From: Mobula hypostoma
Taxonomy: Eukaryota
DNA: 64,000 nt
Reading direction: 5' to 3'
NCBI RefSeq assembly: GCF_963921235.1
Contig: NC_086097.1
Coordinates: 31,188,001-31,252,000, forward strand
Shown here: piece by piece, positions 13,328-26,841 of the stretch
Position numbering within the stretch: the first letter of the stretch is position 1
Layout of the letters: each line of letters opens with the position of its first letter
Position numbers and translations under genes: made by a program
The notes under the pieces: model-generated
Told to the model about the DNA's origin: nothing
The model's database searches: none
What the model saw: only the letters and a program-made list of their open reading frames with translations

Positions 13328-13631
13328 GTGTGTGTGTGTGTGCGTGCGTAAACACGGGCTCCCGCTCAAATAAAAACACTTCTGCTCATTTAGCAACGTT
13401 AATAAAAGACATTAAGAGGAGAGTAAAAAGGGGCGTGGATTCAATTTTTTTACTCACACAATAACTGATTTAGGTTGAAACCGGCAGCGCCTCTTGGAGA
13501 AACTACATTCACAGTAATTTTAAATTAGAGAGTTCTGTTCTATGCATGTAAGGTTCTGTATTGGGAAGAGCTAATAATCCGTGTGCCGCGCTGTGATCTT
13601 TTGTTTTCAACTTGTGCTGTTTGTCTTCCAG

Positions 13632-13750
13632 TACATCTTGGCGGTCGGCAGTTCGGTCTTCTACGCTATGTTTTATGGAGAACTAGCTGAGAATCAATCC
13701 GACATTCAAATTCCGGACGTGGAGCCCGCGGCTTTCCTTATTCTGCTAAA
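13632..13750 (+). CDS. BTBD6: BTBD6 coding exon, 119 nt (YILAVGSSVFYAMFYGELAENQSDIQIPDVEPAAFLILLK)
   Basis: ttccag| acceptor, AA|GTAAGG donor, BTB core sequence. Confidence 0.95.
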
Positions 13751-15173
13751 GTAAGGAGATTTGCGTAGGTTGACTGTGTGTGTGTGTTGGGCGGGGGGGG
13801 GAGGTGTAACGCCGCGGGCGGAATATTTACACTCCATTCTGAGGCAGTAATCAATCTTTTAGACAAACTTCCTGGTGAACGGTCAACAAGGAGAACTGTA
13901 GAGTGTAGGAACAGGCCCTTCGGCCCACCATGTGTATGCTGATCTTGGTGCCAAATGAAACTAATCCCATCTTCATTATTTTGTACTTTTTGTAATTTAG
14001 TCACTTTGCACTGTATTGCTGCTGCAAAACAACACATTTCATGGCATTTAGAGATAATACCTTGATTCTGATCCTCGTCTGCCTGCACATGATCCATATC
14101 CATCCATTCTTTGCCTGGAGAGGAGATAGAGCAGGATGCTGTGTGTATTATGTTGAATGAGGAAAGGTTGAGCTTTTCCCTTTGTAACCAAGGAGGATGA
14201 GAAGGAGACTTGATAGATGTGTAAGATGATAAGAGGCATAGATGGAGCAGACAGCCTGAGATTTTTTTCCTTCAGGCCAGAAATGGTTAATACATTTTAC
14301 TTTTTTTTACAGAGAGAGTGGTGAGTGCATGGAATGTGCTGCCAGAGGTGGTGGTAGAAGCAGATACATTAGAGACATTTAAGAGACTCTTAGATAGGCT
14401 CAGATGAATGAAAATGGGAGGGAAGGGCAAGACTGATCTTAAGAGTGGTTTAAAAGGTTGGTACGACATTGTACATGTTCATAAATTTGTCTAAAAGCCT
14501 CTCAGACATCATTATTATATCTGCTTTCACCACCATCCCCATAGCATGTTCCATACATCCACCGCTCCGGTGTAAAATAAATAAATAGATAGAATGTTGG
14601 GTCTGGTAAACTTCACTCACAATCATCTTGAAGTTGTACCCTTTAGTCTCTGAAATTCCCACCCTGGAGAGAAAGATTCTGACTCTGCCTCTCATAACTT
14701 TTATAAACTTCCATCAAGTGAGCTTAAGAATTTTTCGTGTGTGTGGGGTCTCTGCAGGTGGAACAAGAATATTTAACAATGGATGGCACAGTAGTGTAGT
14801 GGTTAGCACAATGCTTTCAGGTTTCAATTCCCATCACTGTCCATGTGGAGTTTGTACGTTCTCCCTCTAACTACATGGGTTTCCTCTGGGCGCCCGTTTC
14901 CTCCACATTCCAGAGACATTCGGTTCGGGTTAGTAAGTAATGCTACGATGGAAGCATGGCGACATATTCTGACTGCCTCCAACACATCCTCTGTCTGTAT
15001 TGGTCATTAATGCAGGCAATGTTTCACTGTGTGTTTCAATGTGAATGTGACAAAGCTAATCTTTACATTTTGAAATCTTTAAGATGATTTGTAATGTGGA
15101 GGTTTATTAGCTTTAACATGTGAAACAAGTTTTGTTGATAATTGTTACACTTTGTATCTGGTCCTGTCCACAG

Positions 15174-16206
15174 GTATTTGTATAGTGATGAGATTGACTT
15201 GGAGGCAGATACGGTGCTGGCTACCCTGTACGCTGCCAAGAAGTACATCGTCCCTTACCTAGCAAAGGCCTGCGTCAACTTCCTGGAGACTAGCCTGGAG
15301 GCCAAGAACGCCTGTGTCCTGTTGTCGCAGAGCAGGCTGTTTGAGGAACCCGAGTTGACCCAGCGGTGCTGGGAGGTGATAGACGCCCAGGCGGAGCTGG
15401 CCCTGAGGTCAGAGGGCTTCTGCGAGATTGACCTGCAAACGCTAGAGATCATCCTGTCCCGAGAGACACTGAATGCCAAGGAGGTGGTGGTGTTTGAGGC
15501 CATCGTCAATTGGGCCGAGGCGGAGTGCAAGAGGCAGGGCTTGCCGCCAAGCGCCCGGAACAAGAGGAGTGTGCTGGGAAAAGCCCTATACATCGTACGC
15601 ATCCCCACAATGTCGCTGGAGGAGTTCGCCAATGGGGCCGCGCAGTGCGATCTGCTCACCCTGGAGCAGACGCACGACATCTTCCTGTGGTACACGGCCG
15701 TCAACAAGCCCCAGCTGGAGTTCTCCACCGCACAGAGGAAGGGGCTGGCCCCCCAGCGCTGTCACCGGTTCCAGTCCTCCGCCTACCGCAGCAACCAGTG
15801 GCGGTACCGGGGCCGCTGCGACAGCATTCAGTTTGCAGTGGACAAGCGTGTCTTCATCGCTGGCCTGGGCCTATACGGCTCGAGCTGTGGCAAGGCAGAG
15901 TATAGCGTCAAGATCGAGCTGAAGCGACAGGGGGTGGTCCTGGCTCAGAACTTCACCAAATTTATTTCAGACGGTTCCAGCATCACGTTTTCAGTGTGGT
16001 TCGAGCACCCTGTGCAGGTGGAGCAGGACACCTTCTATACTGCCAGTGCCATCCTGGATGGCAATGAGCTGAGCTACTTCGGGCAGGAGGGGATGACGGA
16101 GGTGCAGTGCGGCAAAGTGACGTTTCAGTTCCAGTGTTCGTCTGACAGCACGAACGGCACAGGCGTACAAGGCGGCCAAATCCCCGAACTCATTTTCTAT
16201 GCCTGA
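15174..16206 (+). CDS. BTBD6: BTBD6 terminal coding exon: end of BTB, BACK and PHR domains, ending GGQIPELIFYA*
   Basis: cacag|G acceptor in frame with ORF 15142..16206. YLYSDEIDLEADTVLATLYAAKKY, RFQSSAYRSNQWRYRGRCDSIQFAVD and the C-terminus are BTBD3/6 signatures. Nesting in BRF1 supports BTBD6. Confidence 0.97.
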
Positions 16207-16745
16207 GTCAGGGCGTCTTGCCGTGGAAATCACAAAATGAGAGGACATTCTGCCTTCAACTGCTGCTAACCAAGGGAGTATAGCAAGAATTTGACCTCTT
16301 GCTGCTTCTACTGACATTATCAGACTGTATCAGTGGTCCTCTGGGATCAACTGTCAACTCAAACTATCTTAAATTGAAGGAATGTTTGATTGTAAATTAA
16401 TTTTATTTATTTATAATGGCTAGAGTATTATTGGACACACTGAAGCTGCAAGGGCCAGTTGTTCAGTGTTGCACTCATTTTTGTGCTGTCTTTTGTACAG
16501 AAGTGCTGTTTAAAATGGTGAATGACTGATGAATGACATTTCAATACCTGTGTACTTACAGCTGATGAACTTGTACAGTATAAAGATTTTTACATGATTA
16601 TTCATTAGCCTGAAGTTGTCCTTTATTGCTGCTTAAGATGGTAGGAGCAACTGGGTGCTAAATATGGCAAATCAATTGCTGCTTATTCACCCATATTTTC
16701 TAAAGGGGCTTTTCTTCTTCTCCCTTGAATAGACTCATTGTAATA
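16207..16745 (+). other. Probable BTBD6 3' UTR (repeat-free, AU-rich)
   Basis: Unique sequence after the stop with TTATTTATTTATAA (~16403). No canonical AATAAA before the next repeat; TATAAA variant at ~16579. Confidence 0.5.
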
Positions 16746-17329
16746 AGACAGAGGAACAGAATTAGGCCACTCAGTCCATCAAATCTGTTCCACCATTCCA
16801 TCATGGTGGATTTATTTAACCTCTCAACCCTATTCTTCTACCTTCTGTCTACCCTTTGATGTCCTTACTAATCAAAAACCTATCAACCTCTGCTTTAAAT
16901 GTACCAATCACTTGACCTCCACAGCCATCTGTGGCAATGAATTTCACAGATTCACCACCCTCTGGCTAAAAAAAATTTCTGTTCTAAAGGGACATCCATG
17001 TAATGTTACTACCTCTATTATCCATTCACTTTCTTTTCTCTGGGAAAGGTTTTGAGGTTAAGGGTTCCTCCCTCAATGGCCCTAGTTCAGTATAACCTTA
17101 AAATTTTAGACTAAATTACTCACTGCCCACCTAGGTTATTAATATACATACATTTTTCTAGTACTGTTTCTTGAGGAGCCCCACATTCTACCTTGCTCAA
17201 TTTGAATACTGCTACCCTCATTCCTTAATGTGCATTCTCTTGTTTAACCCTGTGCATGTCAGAGTAATACAGCACAGTCTTAAATTCTATTTCTCTGTCT
17301 ACCACCAATTCTGTACCATCCACCAACTG

Positions 17330-18240
17330 TAGTTTCCTAGGTAATGCATTTGATAAGGTTCCCCAAGTTAGGCTCATTCAGAAAGTCAGGAGCAATAGGA
17401 TCCAGGGAAACTTGGTTTGTGAATTCAGACTTGGCTTTCCCATGGAAGAATGGTGGTTATATTTCCCATGGTGGTTATAGATGGAGTGTGTTTTGCTGCA
17501 AGGTGGGTGACTAACAGTGACCTGTTCTGGGACCCTTGCTCTTTGTGATTTTTTTTTCATGAATGATTTGGATGAGGAAGTGGAAGGCTGGGTTAGTAGG
17601 TTTGCAGATGACAAAGCATGGTGGTGCTGTAAATAGTGTAAAAGGTTGTTGTAGGTTACAGTGGGACTCCAACAGGATGCAGAGCTGGGCTAAAAAGTGG
17701 CAGATGGGGTTCAGGCTGGAAAAGTGAAGTGATTCACTTAGGAAGGTTGAACTTGAAGGCAGAATACAGGGTTAAGGGCAGGATTCTCAACAGTGTGGAA
17801 GAACAGAGGGATCTAGAAATCCATGCCCATAGATCCCTCAAAGATGCTGCGCAAGTCAATTGGGTTGTTGAGAATGCATATAGTGTGCTGGCCTATATTA
17901 GTTGGGGGACTGAGTTCAAAGGCTGCGAGGTAATGTTACAGCTTTATAAAACCCTGGTTAGATTACATTTGGAATATTCCACTTGGAGCGAAAGAAAATG
18001 ATAAGTGACTTGATGGAAGTGTTGCAGATATGTGAGGGACATTTAAGAGCTCTTCAATACACTGATGAAAGAAAAATGGAGGACTATGTGAGAGGGAAGG
18101 GTTAGCTCAGTGGTACTGAACCTAGGGTCCAAGGCATAAAAAGTGGTTGGGAATCCCTGAGTTAGATTGATCTTGGAGTAGGTTAAAGGGCTGGCACAAC
18201 ATTATTGCCCAGGGCTGTGCTGTACAGTTTTATATTACTA
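17330..18240 (+). mobile_element. Decayed CR1 LINE (RT C-terminal half to 3' end)
   Basis: AFDKVP, FADD and EEQRDL...LYKTLVRLHLEY motifs. Confidence 0.85.
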
Positions 18241-19139
18241 TATAATGCAGTTAAGGCTGGTCCACATACTTGAAAGAAGAGTAGGCAACCTTTATAACAC
18301 TAAATTGCTTCATAATCCCTTCTCTCACTTTCCCCATGTTGAACTAAAGATTCTCACATCCTCATTTTCTGGAGTGCTTCATCAAAGCACAGTGTCATCC
18401 CCTGTGTATAACAGCAGCAGATGTGTCAGCTCTGTTGGCCTGGACCAGCAAGTATTCTGGAGTAACACCAAAAAATTTGATTATCAGATTTGCAAAGCCC
18501 AAAGGTCAACCTGGGGTCTAATAAGCTTACAAAATATCCTGGATAGTGACAGGGTGCACGTTAGTGCTGAGGAAACAAGTGTACAGGGGGGACCGGGACA
18601 AAGCAGTTCATGTCCTTTGAGCCTTAGATATCCCATTTGGAAAAAAATACAGGGGAGAGGGCACAGAACAGTAGCAGGTAGTGTAACATAAGCTGTAAGA
18701 TCGAGGTTCAATTCCTGCCGCTGTCTGTGAGAAGCTTATATGCCTGACTTTGTGTGTTTCCTCCCACATTCCTAAGATGTTTTGTTAGGGTTAATGAGTT
18801 GTGGGCATGCTATACTGGTGCTAGTTGCATGGCAGGCTGTCCCCAGCACATCTCTGATCATATTAGTCGTTGATGCAAAAACTGTATGTTTCAATGTACA
18901 TGTGACAAATAAAGCTAATCTTTAAATAGGATTATGAGTGAATTAATATTAGGAAAACTATCATTTTCACCAAGGATATCCAGTCCCTACATACTTCTAT
19001 CTCTCATCAAGAAGGCTTTAAAGCTGTCTTCTTTCTTGAGAGCCAATCTAACAGTTTTCCTCCACCACAACCATCCTCCATTTGGTTTAACTGGTCCTCA
19101 CGCTCAACAATTTATTTCTCTTTCAGCTATTCCCACTTA

Positions 19140-20320
19140 CTCCAAACCCAAGTTGTAGTCATAGGCCCCAGCTATGCCTACCTTTTTGTTGGTTATGTGA
19201 AACAGAACAGCCCTTTCTGATAATGCTTCCCAAGTATTCCTGTGCTACACTACTGATTGTATTGGTGCTGATTCATGCACCCATGCTGAGCTCGTCGATT
19301 TTGTCAACTTTGCCTCCAACTTCCACCTTTCCCTTAAATTAACTTGGTCCATTTCTGACACATCTCTCCCCCTTCTCCATCTGTCTCCCATCTCTGGAGC
19401 TTCACCCTGTGAAACTTGCAGCATCTTCAATGAGACTCGACCACCAAAGACACCTTTACTTCCTCTCACCCCCCCCCCCCCAATCTGCTTTCTGCAGGGA
19501 CCACTCTCACCTGTGATTCTTTGTCCATTTTTCCCACCCCACTAATCTTCTTCCGGGCATTTATCCCTACAAGTGGAAGATTTGCTATACCTGCCCATTC
19601 ACCTATCCCTCAGGCCACCATCCTTCCAGGTGAGGCAACACTGTTGAGGTTGCTTACTGCATCCAGTGCTCCCAATGTGACCTTCTCTACATTGATGAGA
19701 CCCAATGTTGATTGAAGGCTGCATTGTCAAGCACTTCTGTTCCATCTGACACAACCATGATTTCCTGGTGTCCAACCATTTTAATTCAAATCCCTATTCC
19801 CATTCCAACATGCAGGTCCATGGCCCCTCTCCTGCCACAATGAGCCTACTATCAGGTTGGAGAAGTAATGCCTCATATTCCAATTGGGTAGCCTCCAACC
19901 TGAAAGCACGAACATCGATTTCTCTAATCTATGGTCATTTCCCCCCCTCCCCTTCCCTCTTCTTTCTTTCCTCACTCTGGCTCCCCTCTTACCTCCTCTC
20001 AACTGTCTATCATACCCCTCTGGTGCCCTGCTCCTTCCCTTTCTCCCTTGGTCCATTTGCCTGTCCAATCAGATTCATTCTTCTTCAGCCATTTACCTTT
20101 TCCACCTATCATATCCCAGCTTCTCACTTCACTCCCCACCTGGCTTCACCTATCAGCTTCTAGCTTGTACCCCTTCTCCTCCCGCACCTTCTTATTCTGG
20201 CTACTCCCCTCTTCCTTTCCAGTTCTGATGAAGGGTCTCAGACAAAACGTCAACAGTTTATTCCTTTCTATAGATACTACCTGCCCCGTTGAGTTCTTCC
20301 AGCATTTTGTGTGTGTTAAA
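19140..20320 (+). mobile_element. Penelope-like retroelement relic (RT fragment, GIY-YIG endonuclease, 3' terminal repeat)
   Basis: GPSYAYLFVGYV RT motif, decayed LYI(G)ET and NHFNS...GSLQPESTNIDFSN endonuclease C-terminus, a pyrimidine-rich tail, then a degenerate CTGATGA hammerhead repeat at ~20221-20257. Confidence 0.8.
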
Positions 20321-21289
20321 GAGTGATGAGTCTTCACAGCCTGATGGCTTGCATTCCAAGATCCTAAAAGAGGGCTAAAAATATTGTGATTGTAATTCCC
20401 CAAAAACTCCATAGACTAGAGGCTTGGAAAATTGCCAATACTTGAAGGAGAGGAAGCAAAAAGCAGGTAATTACAGCAACAAGTACAAAATGCTGGAGGA
20501 AATCAACAAGTCAGGCAGCATCTATGGAGGGGAGTGAACAGGCATCGTTTCAGCCCAAGACTTCACCAGGACTGCAGGTAATTACAGGTTGATTTGCATA
20601 ATGTATTTTATCTGAACTATGTTAGAACCCATTATGAAACAAGTAATGCAATACTTGAAAAGTTGCAGTCTAACAAGGCTGAGTCAGCATGGGGGAAATA
20701 ACGCCTGATGGTTCAGGGCAAAACACAATCCGCTGGAGGAACTCAGTGGGTAGAGCAGCATCTGAGGGAGAAAGGAAATTGTCAACACTTCAGATCGAAA
20801 CCCAGCACCAACTGAGAGGGATATGATCTGAAACATCAACAATTCCTTTCTGCCTGCCCTAAGTTGCTGCTCAACCCGCTGACTTCCTCCAGCAGATATT
20901 TGTTACTCCAGATTCCAGCATCTGCAGTTTCTTATGTCTCCTGATGAATTACAGTTTTTAAAGGAGTAACAGCCAGGGTTGATAAAGAGGAACCAGTAGA
21001 TGTAAAATATTCGTATGTTCTATATGTTGAAAAAAATTGCTTCGTAAACCTCTTTAAACCTTTACCCCTCACCTTACACCAGTGCACTTTCGTATTTTAT
21101 ATTTCTACCTGGAAAAAATACACCATCAACCCAAAACTATGGAATTCCTTTACAGAGTTATAGTCACAAAGCAGACAAACAGGTCCTTTCAGCCCAACTC
21201 ATCCATGCCTCCTGAGAATCCCATCGAAGTCAGTCACATCTGCCCATGTTTGATCATATAAACTGCACATTGTATTACTGGGATTCCTT

Positions 21290-22605
21290 AGACCATAAGA
21301 CCATTAAGACACAGGAGCAGAATTAGGCCATCCAGCCATTCGAGTCTGCTCCGCCATTCCGGCATAGCTGATACCGGATCCCATTCAACATATCTTGTCA
21401 CCATATCCTTTGATGCCCTGACCAATCAGGAAACAATCAACTTTTGCCTTAAATAAATGCACGAACATGGCCTCCACCGAAGCCTGTGAAAGCATTCCAC
21501 AGATTTACTACATTCTGGCTAAGCAAATTCCTCCTTACCTCTGTTCTAAAGGGTTGCCCCTTAATTTTGAGGCCATGCCCTCTAGTTCTGGATTACCCCC
21601 AACATCGGAATTATCCTCTCCACATCCACCCCTATCTAGTCCTTCAACATTCGGTAGTTTTCAATGAGATCCTCCCACATTCTTCTAAATTCCAGTGAGT
21701 ACAGGCCCAAAGCTGCCAAAACCTCCTTATGTACTAAACCCTTCGTTCCCGGAATCATCCTCGTGAACCTCCTCTGGACTCTTTCCAATGACAACACATC
21801 CTTTCTGAGATATGGGACCCAAAACTGTTGACAATACTCCAAGTGCAGCCTGACTAGTGTCTTATAAAGCCTCAGCATTATCTCCTTGCTTTTATATTCT
21901 ATTCTCCTTGAAATAAATGCCAACATTGCATTTGCCTTCTTTACCACAGACTCGACTTGTAAATTAACCTTCTGGGAATCTTGCATGAGGACTCCTAAGT
22001 CTCTCTGCATCTCTGATGTTTGAACCTTCTCCCTATTTAGATAATAGTCCACACTATTGTTCCTTTTACCAAAATGCATTATCATATATTTCCTAACACT
22101 GTATACCGTCTGCCACTTCTTTTTTACCCATTCTTCCAATTTGTCCAAGACCTGCTGTAATCGTATTGCTTCCTCAGCACTACCTACCGCTCCACCTATC
22201 TTCATATCATCCACAACTTTGCCACAAGGCCATCAACTCCATTATCTAAATCACTGACAAACAATGTGAAAACCAGTGGTCCCAATACTGACCCTTGAGG
22301 AACATCACTAGTCATCAGCAGCCAAACAGAAAAGGCCCCTTTTATTCCCACTCACTGCCTCCTGCCTGTCAGCCATTCTGCTGTCCCTGCCAGTACCTTT
22401 ACTGTAATGCCATAGGATTTTATCTTGTTAAGCAGCCTCATGTGTGACACCTCATCAAACAGCTTCTGAAAATCCAAATAAATGACATCCACTCTCTCCT
22501 TTGTCCACCCTGCTTGTTACTTCCTCAAAGAACAGATTTGTCAGGCAGATTTCCCTTTACAGAAACCATGCTGACTTTGACTTATTTTATCATTACTCTC
22601 CAAGC
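21290..22605 (-). mobile_element. Decayed CR1 LINE (RT to 3' end)
   Basis: ORF 21636..22214: DDMKIGG...QRDLGVL...LYKTLVRLHLEYCQQFW. Confidence 0.9.
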
Positions 22606-25501
22606 TTCAACACATGAGATTTTTCAACATTAAACACACTGAGATGGCATCAGGTTTAGTTTATGTCTTGCACTCCTGGAAAGTGGACCATTTAAACACT
22701 GAAGTAGTGAGAACCACACACAGCGCAGCAGGGTAGCAATTAGTACAATTGATTTCTAGCACGAACAATCACTGATCGTGTTACAGTTCACGCCACAGCC
22801 TTTAAGTGTTCTTCCCATGCCACCTGGGATTCCTCCGACATTTCAAAGACGCACAGGTTAGGATTAGTAAATTGTGGCCATGCCATGTTGGTGCCAGAAG
22901 CATGGCGATATTTACGGGCTGCCCCCAGTACATCCTTGACTATGTTGGTCAATGATACCAATGGCACATTTCACTGTATGCTTCAATGTACATGTGATAA
23001 ATAATGCTGATCTAACCATTTACATGTTTAATGATAGAGTGCACCGTCTACACATTCTCCATTAAAGAGCCATGTGGTGATCAACACCTTTTTAGTATTT
23101 AGCAGATACATAAACCAGCCAACACACGTGACACATGTTTAACTTTTAATTTAGAAATACAGCACAGCAACAGGGCCTTCCGGACCAAAGAGCCCGTGCC
23201 ACCTAATTACACCCATGTGACCAATTAACCTACTAATTCTTACGTCTTTGCAAAGTGGGAGAAAACGGGAGCTGAGGAAGTCCACACAGTCACAGGGAGA
23301 ACGTACAAACTTCTGACAGACAATGGCGGGGATTGAACCCCAATCACTGGAGCTGTGCAGCATTGCACAAATCGCTAGGTTACATGCTGCCTTAGTGGGA
23401 CTTGAGTGGATTAGTCTCATATTCAGCAGACAAACCAAAGGATGTGCACAATTTCCTAATCTCTGCTGTTACTTAACTTCAGTTGAACAGCAACTGAGAT
23501 AGCACTGGCTCTCAGCAGTCCCTTGGTGAATCAGGAGGGGAGAAAGGAAGTGGTTAACCTACTGCTTGCAGCACTAGCTATCACCAATCGGGGTTCAATT
23601 CCCGGTGCTGTCTGTAAGGAGTTTGCACATTCTCCCAATGACATTCCCCCTGGGTGCTCTGCTTTCCTCCTGCATTCGAAAGGTGTACAGTTATGGTCAG
23701 GGTTAGTAAGTTGTCATCATGCTAGGTTGGTGCAAGAAGCATGACGACACTTGCTGGCTGCCCCCAGCACATCCTTGGACTGTGCTGGCCGTTGGCGGAA
23801 ACGGCGCGTTTCACTCTGTGTTTCAATGAAATGTGACAAAAAATAGCTAATCTTTGTTTCTAAAAAGAAGGAACCAAACAGGATCTTCCACATAATGTTA
23901 ACCAAGGAGCAGATTATGCTACTGCAGAAGATGTGTACTGTGGAATCACAGCCCAACCAAGGTAGCATCAAACTGAGAAGGATGGTGAGGTCCAAAGTTG
24001 GACATGTATGCCTGAGAATTTACACAGCTTGGTGGGTGGTGACATTAGGATCTGATACTGCAGACAGCATTAATTCAATTGTCAGAATCGAGACAGCAAG
24101 AAAGAGAGACAAATCACTTTCAACAGTGAGTATTCAGCTTAGCCCTCCTCCTCCAACATCTTCCAGGTACAAACTACAAACAAAACATGTAATGCTCCTG
24201 GCAAGGTTGATGGATGACAGAAGCACAAGCAAGAATGATACTGCACACTGAGTAGAGGGGCAGAGAGAGAAAGGAAATGGAGAAAGAAATGTATAGACCA
24301 GGTGGATGGCGATACAACAGAGCTATAGATAACTGATACCCAGAAAAAGGAAGTATATCCATAGTACTGGAGTCACCACTCAGCCAGCTACACTCCAGGG
24401 AATAAAGATCCAGCCTTTCCTCATAACTCAAGCCTCCAATGTTAGCAACATCCTTGTGAATTTTTTTTCTGCACCCTCCCTTGCATAATCAAGTCCTTCT
24501 TTCTGTGTGGTGACCAAAACTGTACACTATACTCCAACTGCAGCCAAACCGGTGTTTAGTTTCAAATTACAGTATTTGTTTCTCACGCAATTAGGACTTT
24601 GGTTTTACATTCAACCAAGAATCTTCACCAGACTATTGACCTTTACTTGCATATAGTTCCATCTTCTCAGGTCCTCCAAGGCGAAGATAACTGACCCTTC
24701 CTCTCATCTATTTCCCTCACACTCTTTAGAGAGAGGGTGCAGAAGAGATTTACCAGGATGCCTCCTTGATTAGACAGCATATCACAACAGAATTGAGTCA
24801 GCTAGTGCTTTTCTCTTTGGAGAGGATGAGGAAGAGAGGTGACTTTATAGAAGTATACAGGATGATAACAGTACAAATAGAGTGGACAACCATAGAGTTT
24901 TTCCTGGAGTGGAAACAGCTAATACAAAAGAGCATAATTTAAAGGTGGCTGGAGGAAAGCATAGGGGGGGATGTCAGAAGTAGTTTTTTTTAAACATATA
25001 CACAGAGAGTGGTGAGTGCTACAGTGGTGGTAGAGGTAGATACCTTAGGGACATTTAACAGACACTTCGATAGGCCTGGGGATGATAGAAAAATAGAGGG
25101 CTACGTAGGGAGGAAGAGCTAGATTGATTTCAGAATAGTCCAAAAGGTCGGCACAATATTGTGGGCCAAAGGGCCTGTATTATGCTGTAGTGTTCTATGT
25201 TCTTCTAGCACACCACAAGCTTACCTTACAGTGGGCTAGCTGCTTGGTACATTGTCACAGTTCTGTTAAAAGGATTTCTCGGGAAGCAGCAGACAGTATT
25301 TTAATTCCCGCGTTTGATTCAATTTCAGCTTACACTGTCTCAGCATAGAGAGAACAGCCCTTTCCCCATCTGGTTTTCTCAGACACAGCACACAGGTTCA
25401 GTCCTCCATACGTGTATAAAGCAAGTCACCTTTGCTAACATACTTAGCTTAAAAACAAATCAGCAGTGCACTCATACATTAGTGAAAAGAATCATGGCTT
25501 A

Positions 25502-25612
<111 letters not shown>

Positions 25613-26841
25613 TTAAAAAAACGTTTTAAACATCTGAGCAACACACAAAAAACGCTGGAGGAACACAGCAGGTCAGGTAGCATCTATGGAGCAGGAAAAA
25701 AAAATCAATGTTTCAGGCCAGGACTTAGCAGGCCTTCATTTTCTTTTAAAGATGCTCTCAATTTCATTTTGATGAATGTTCAATTATCTTCTTGTACTTT
25801 CAGAAGAGTTATGAAACAAGCTGCCAGTTGAAATGCTTGAGGCAGATACAATAGTATCATTTGAGAAGCACTTGACAGGTACATGAAAGGCCAGGGCTTA
25901 GAGGGATATGAGCTAAATGCAGAAAACAGGGACTAGCTGGGTGGGCACCACGGTCAGCTTAGATTGGTTAGGCTGAATGGACTGTATTTTTACTATATTG
26001 TTTTATGACTCTAAAAGATGAGCTCAGGCCAAAATTCTACGTGTAGGTTACTGCTGCTGCTTTAAGTTCTACCAACATACAGCGAAACCATAAAATCCCC
26101 ACTTGTTCCACACAGGCTTCTCCCTATCCACCCTCTCCATTCTTTAGATTATAGGTTGAACCTCCTCCAATAACTCAGTTCAAATTAGCTGCTTCATCAA
26201 ACATTTCAGTACCGTTCTGTGTTGTGTTCTAACAGGGGACAGGGAATAGAAATGAAGGCCTCCTTCATCACACCTTTCCAATTCATCGCCCCCCAAAGAA
26301 ACCATGCAGATTTCTTCACCCTTGAAACACTCTGACTTGGTTCTCGAGTCTGTTACCATAGAAACAACCATGGTAACTTTGGCATAAAGCCATCAAAATA
26401 CAATAAAGACATTAAATGGAGCAGAAAATAAGAACACAGGAATCTGCAATGGCAGCATTTCTACTCTGTTCAGTGCCTTGCTTCTTTACAAGTACAGTGC
26501 CCACCACCACCTCTCTAACTATAGCACTTCTGAGAAAAAGATGGATACGATTTTTGTAAGTATTTCAGTGACAGAAAGTATTGTTAAGTCACATAGTATT
26601 CAGTCATTGCTGACAAGGCCAATGTTACAGAGACCTAAATTTCCTAGATAAGCTCTCCCATTGAAGGAGCGCCCAGCGTTGCCACAAAGGGACATAGTCA
26701 CATAGCTCCACAGTCAGGATGATGCACATTTTGAGGGACAATCTGCAAATGGTGATCCTCCCATGCAGTTCCTGCCCATCTACTTCGAGTGAGAGGTGAC
26801 GTTGAAGCCTTTGACAGACTGCTTAGTGCATCTTGCAAATA

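Larger units (their letters stand above)
11400..13850. promoter_or_regulatory. CpG-island-like promoter and 5' region of BTBD6
   Basis: Clear rise in CG dinucleotides against the CpG-depleted background and no recognisable repeats. Contains AAATGGCG (YY1-like, ~11726), inverted CCAAT (~12112), ATGCAAAT (12123) and CACGTG (12282). Transcription start not determined. Confidence 0.7.

Noticed and set aside
15142..15173. Start of the 354-aa ORF as a single-exon gene
   Set aside because: These bases are the intron pyrimidine tract and acceptor; the exon begins at 15174.
15255..16317. ORFs 15255..15728(-), 15473..15922(+), 15510..15905(+) and 15991..16317(-)
   Set aside because: Shadow frames of the GC3-rich BTBD6 terminal exon; no independent motifs.
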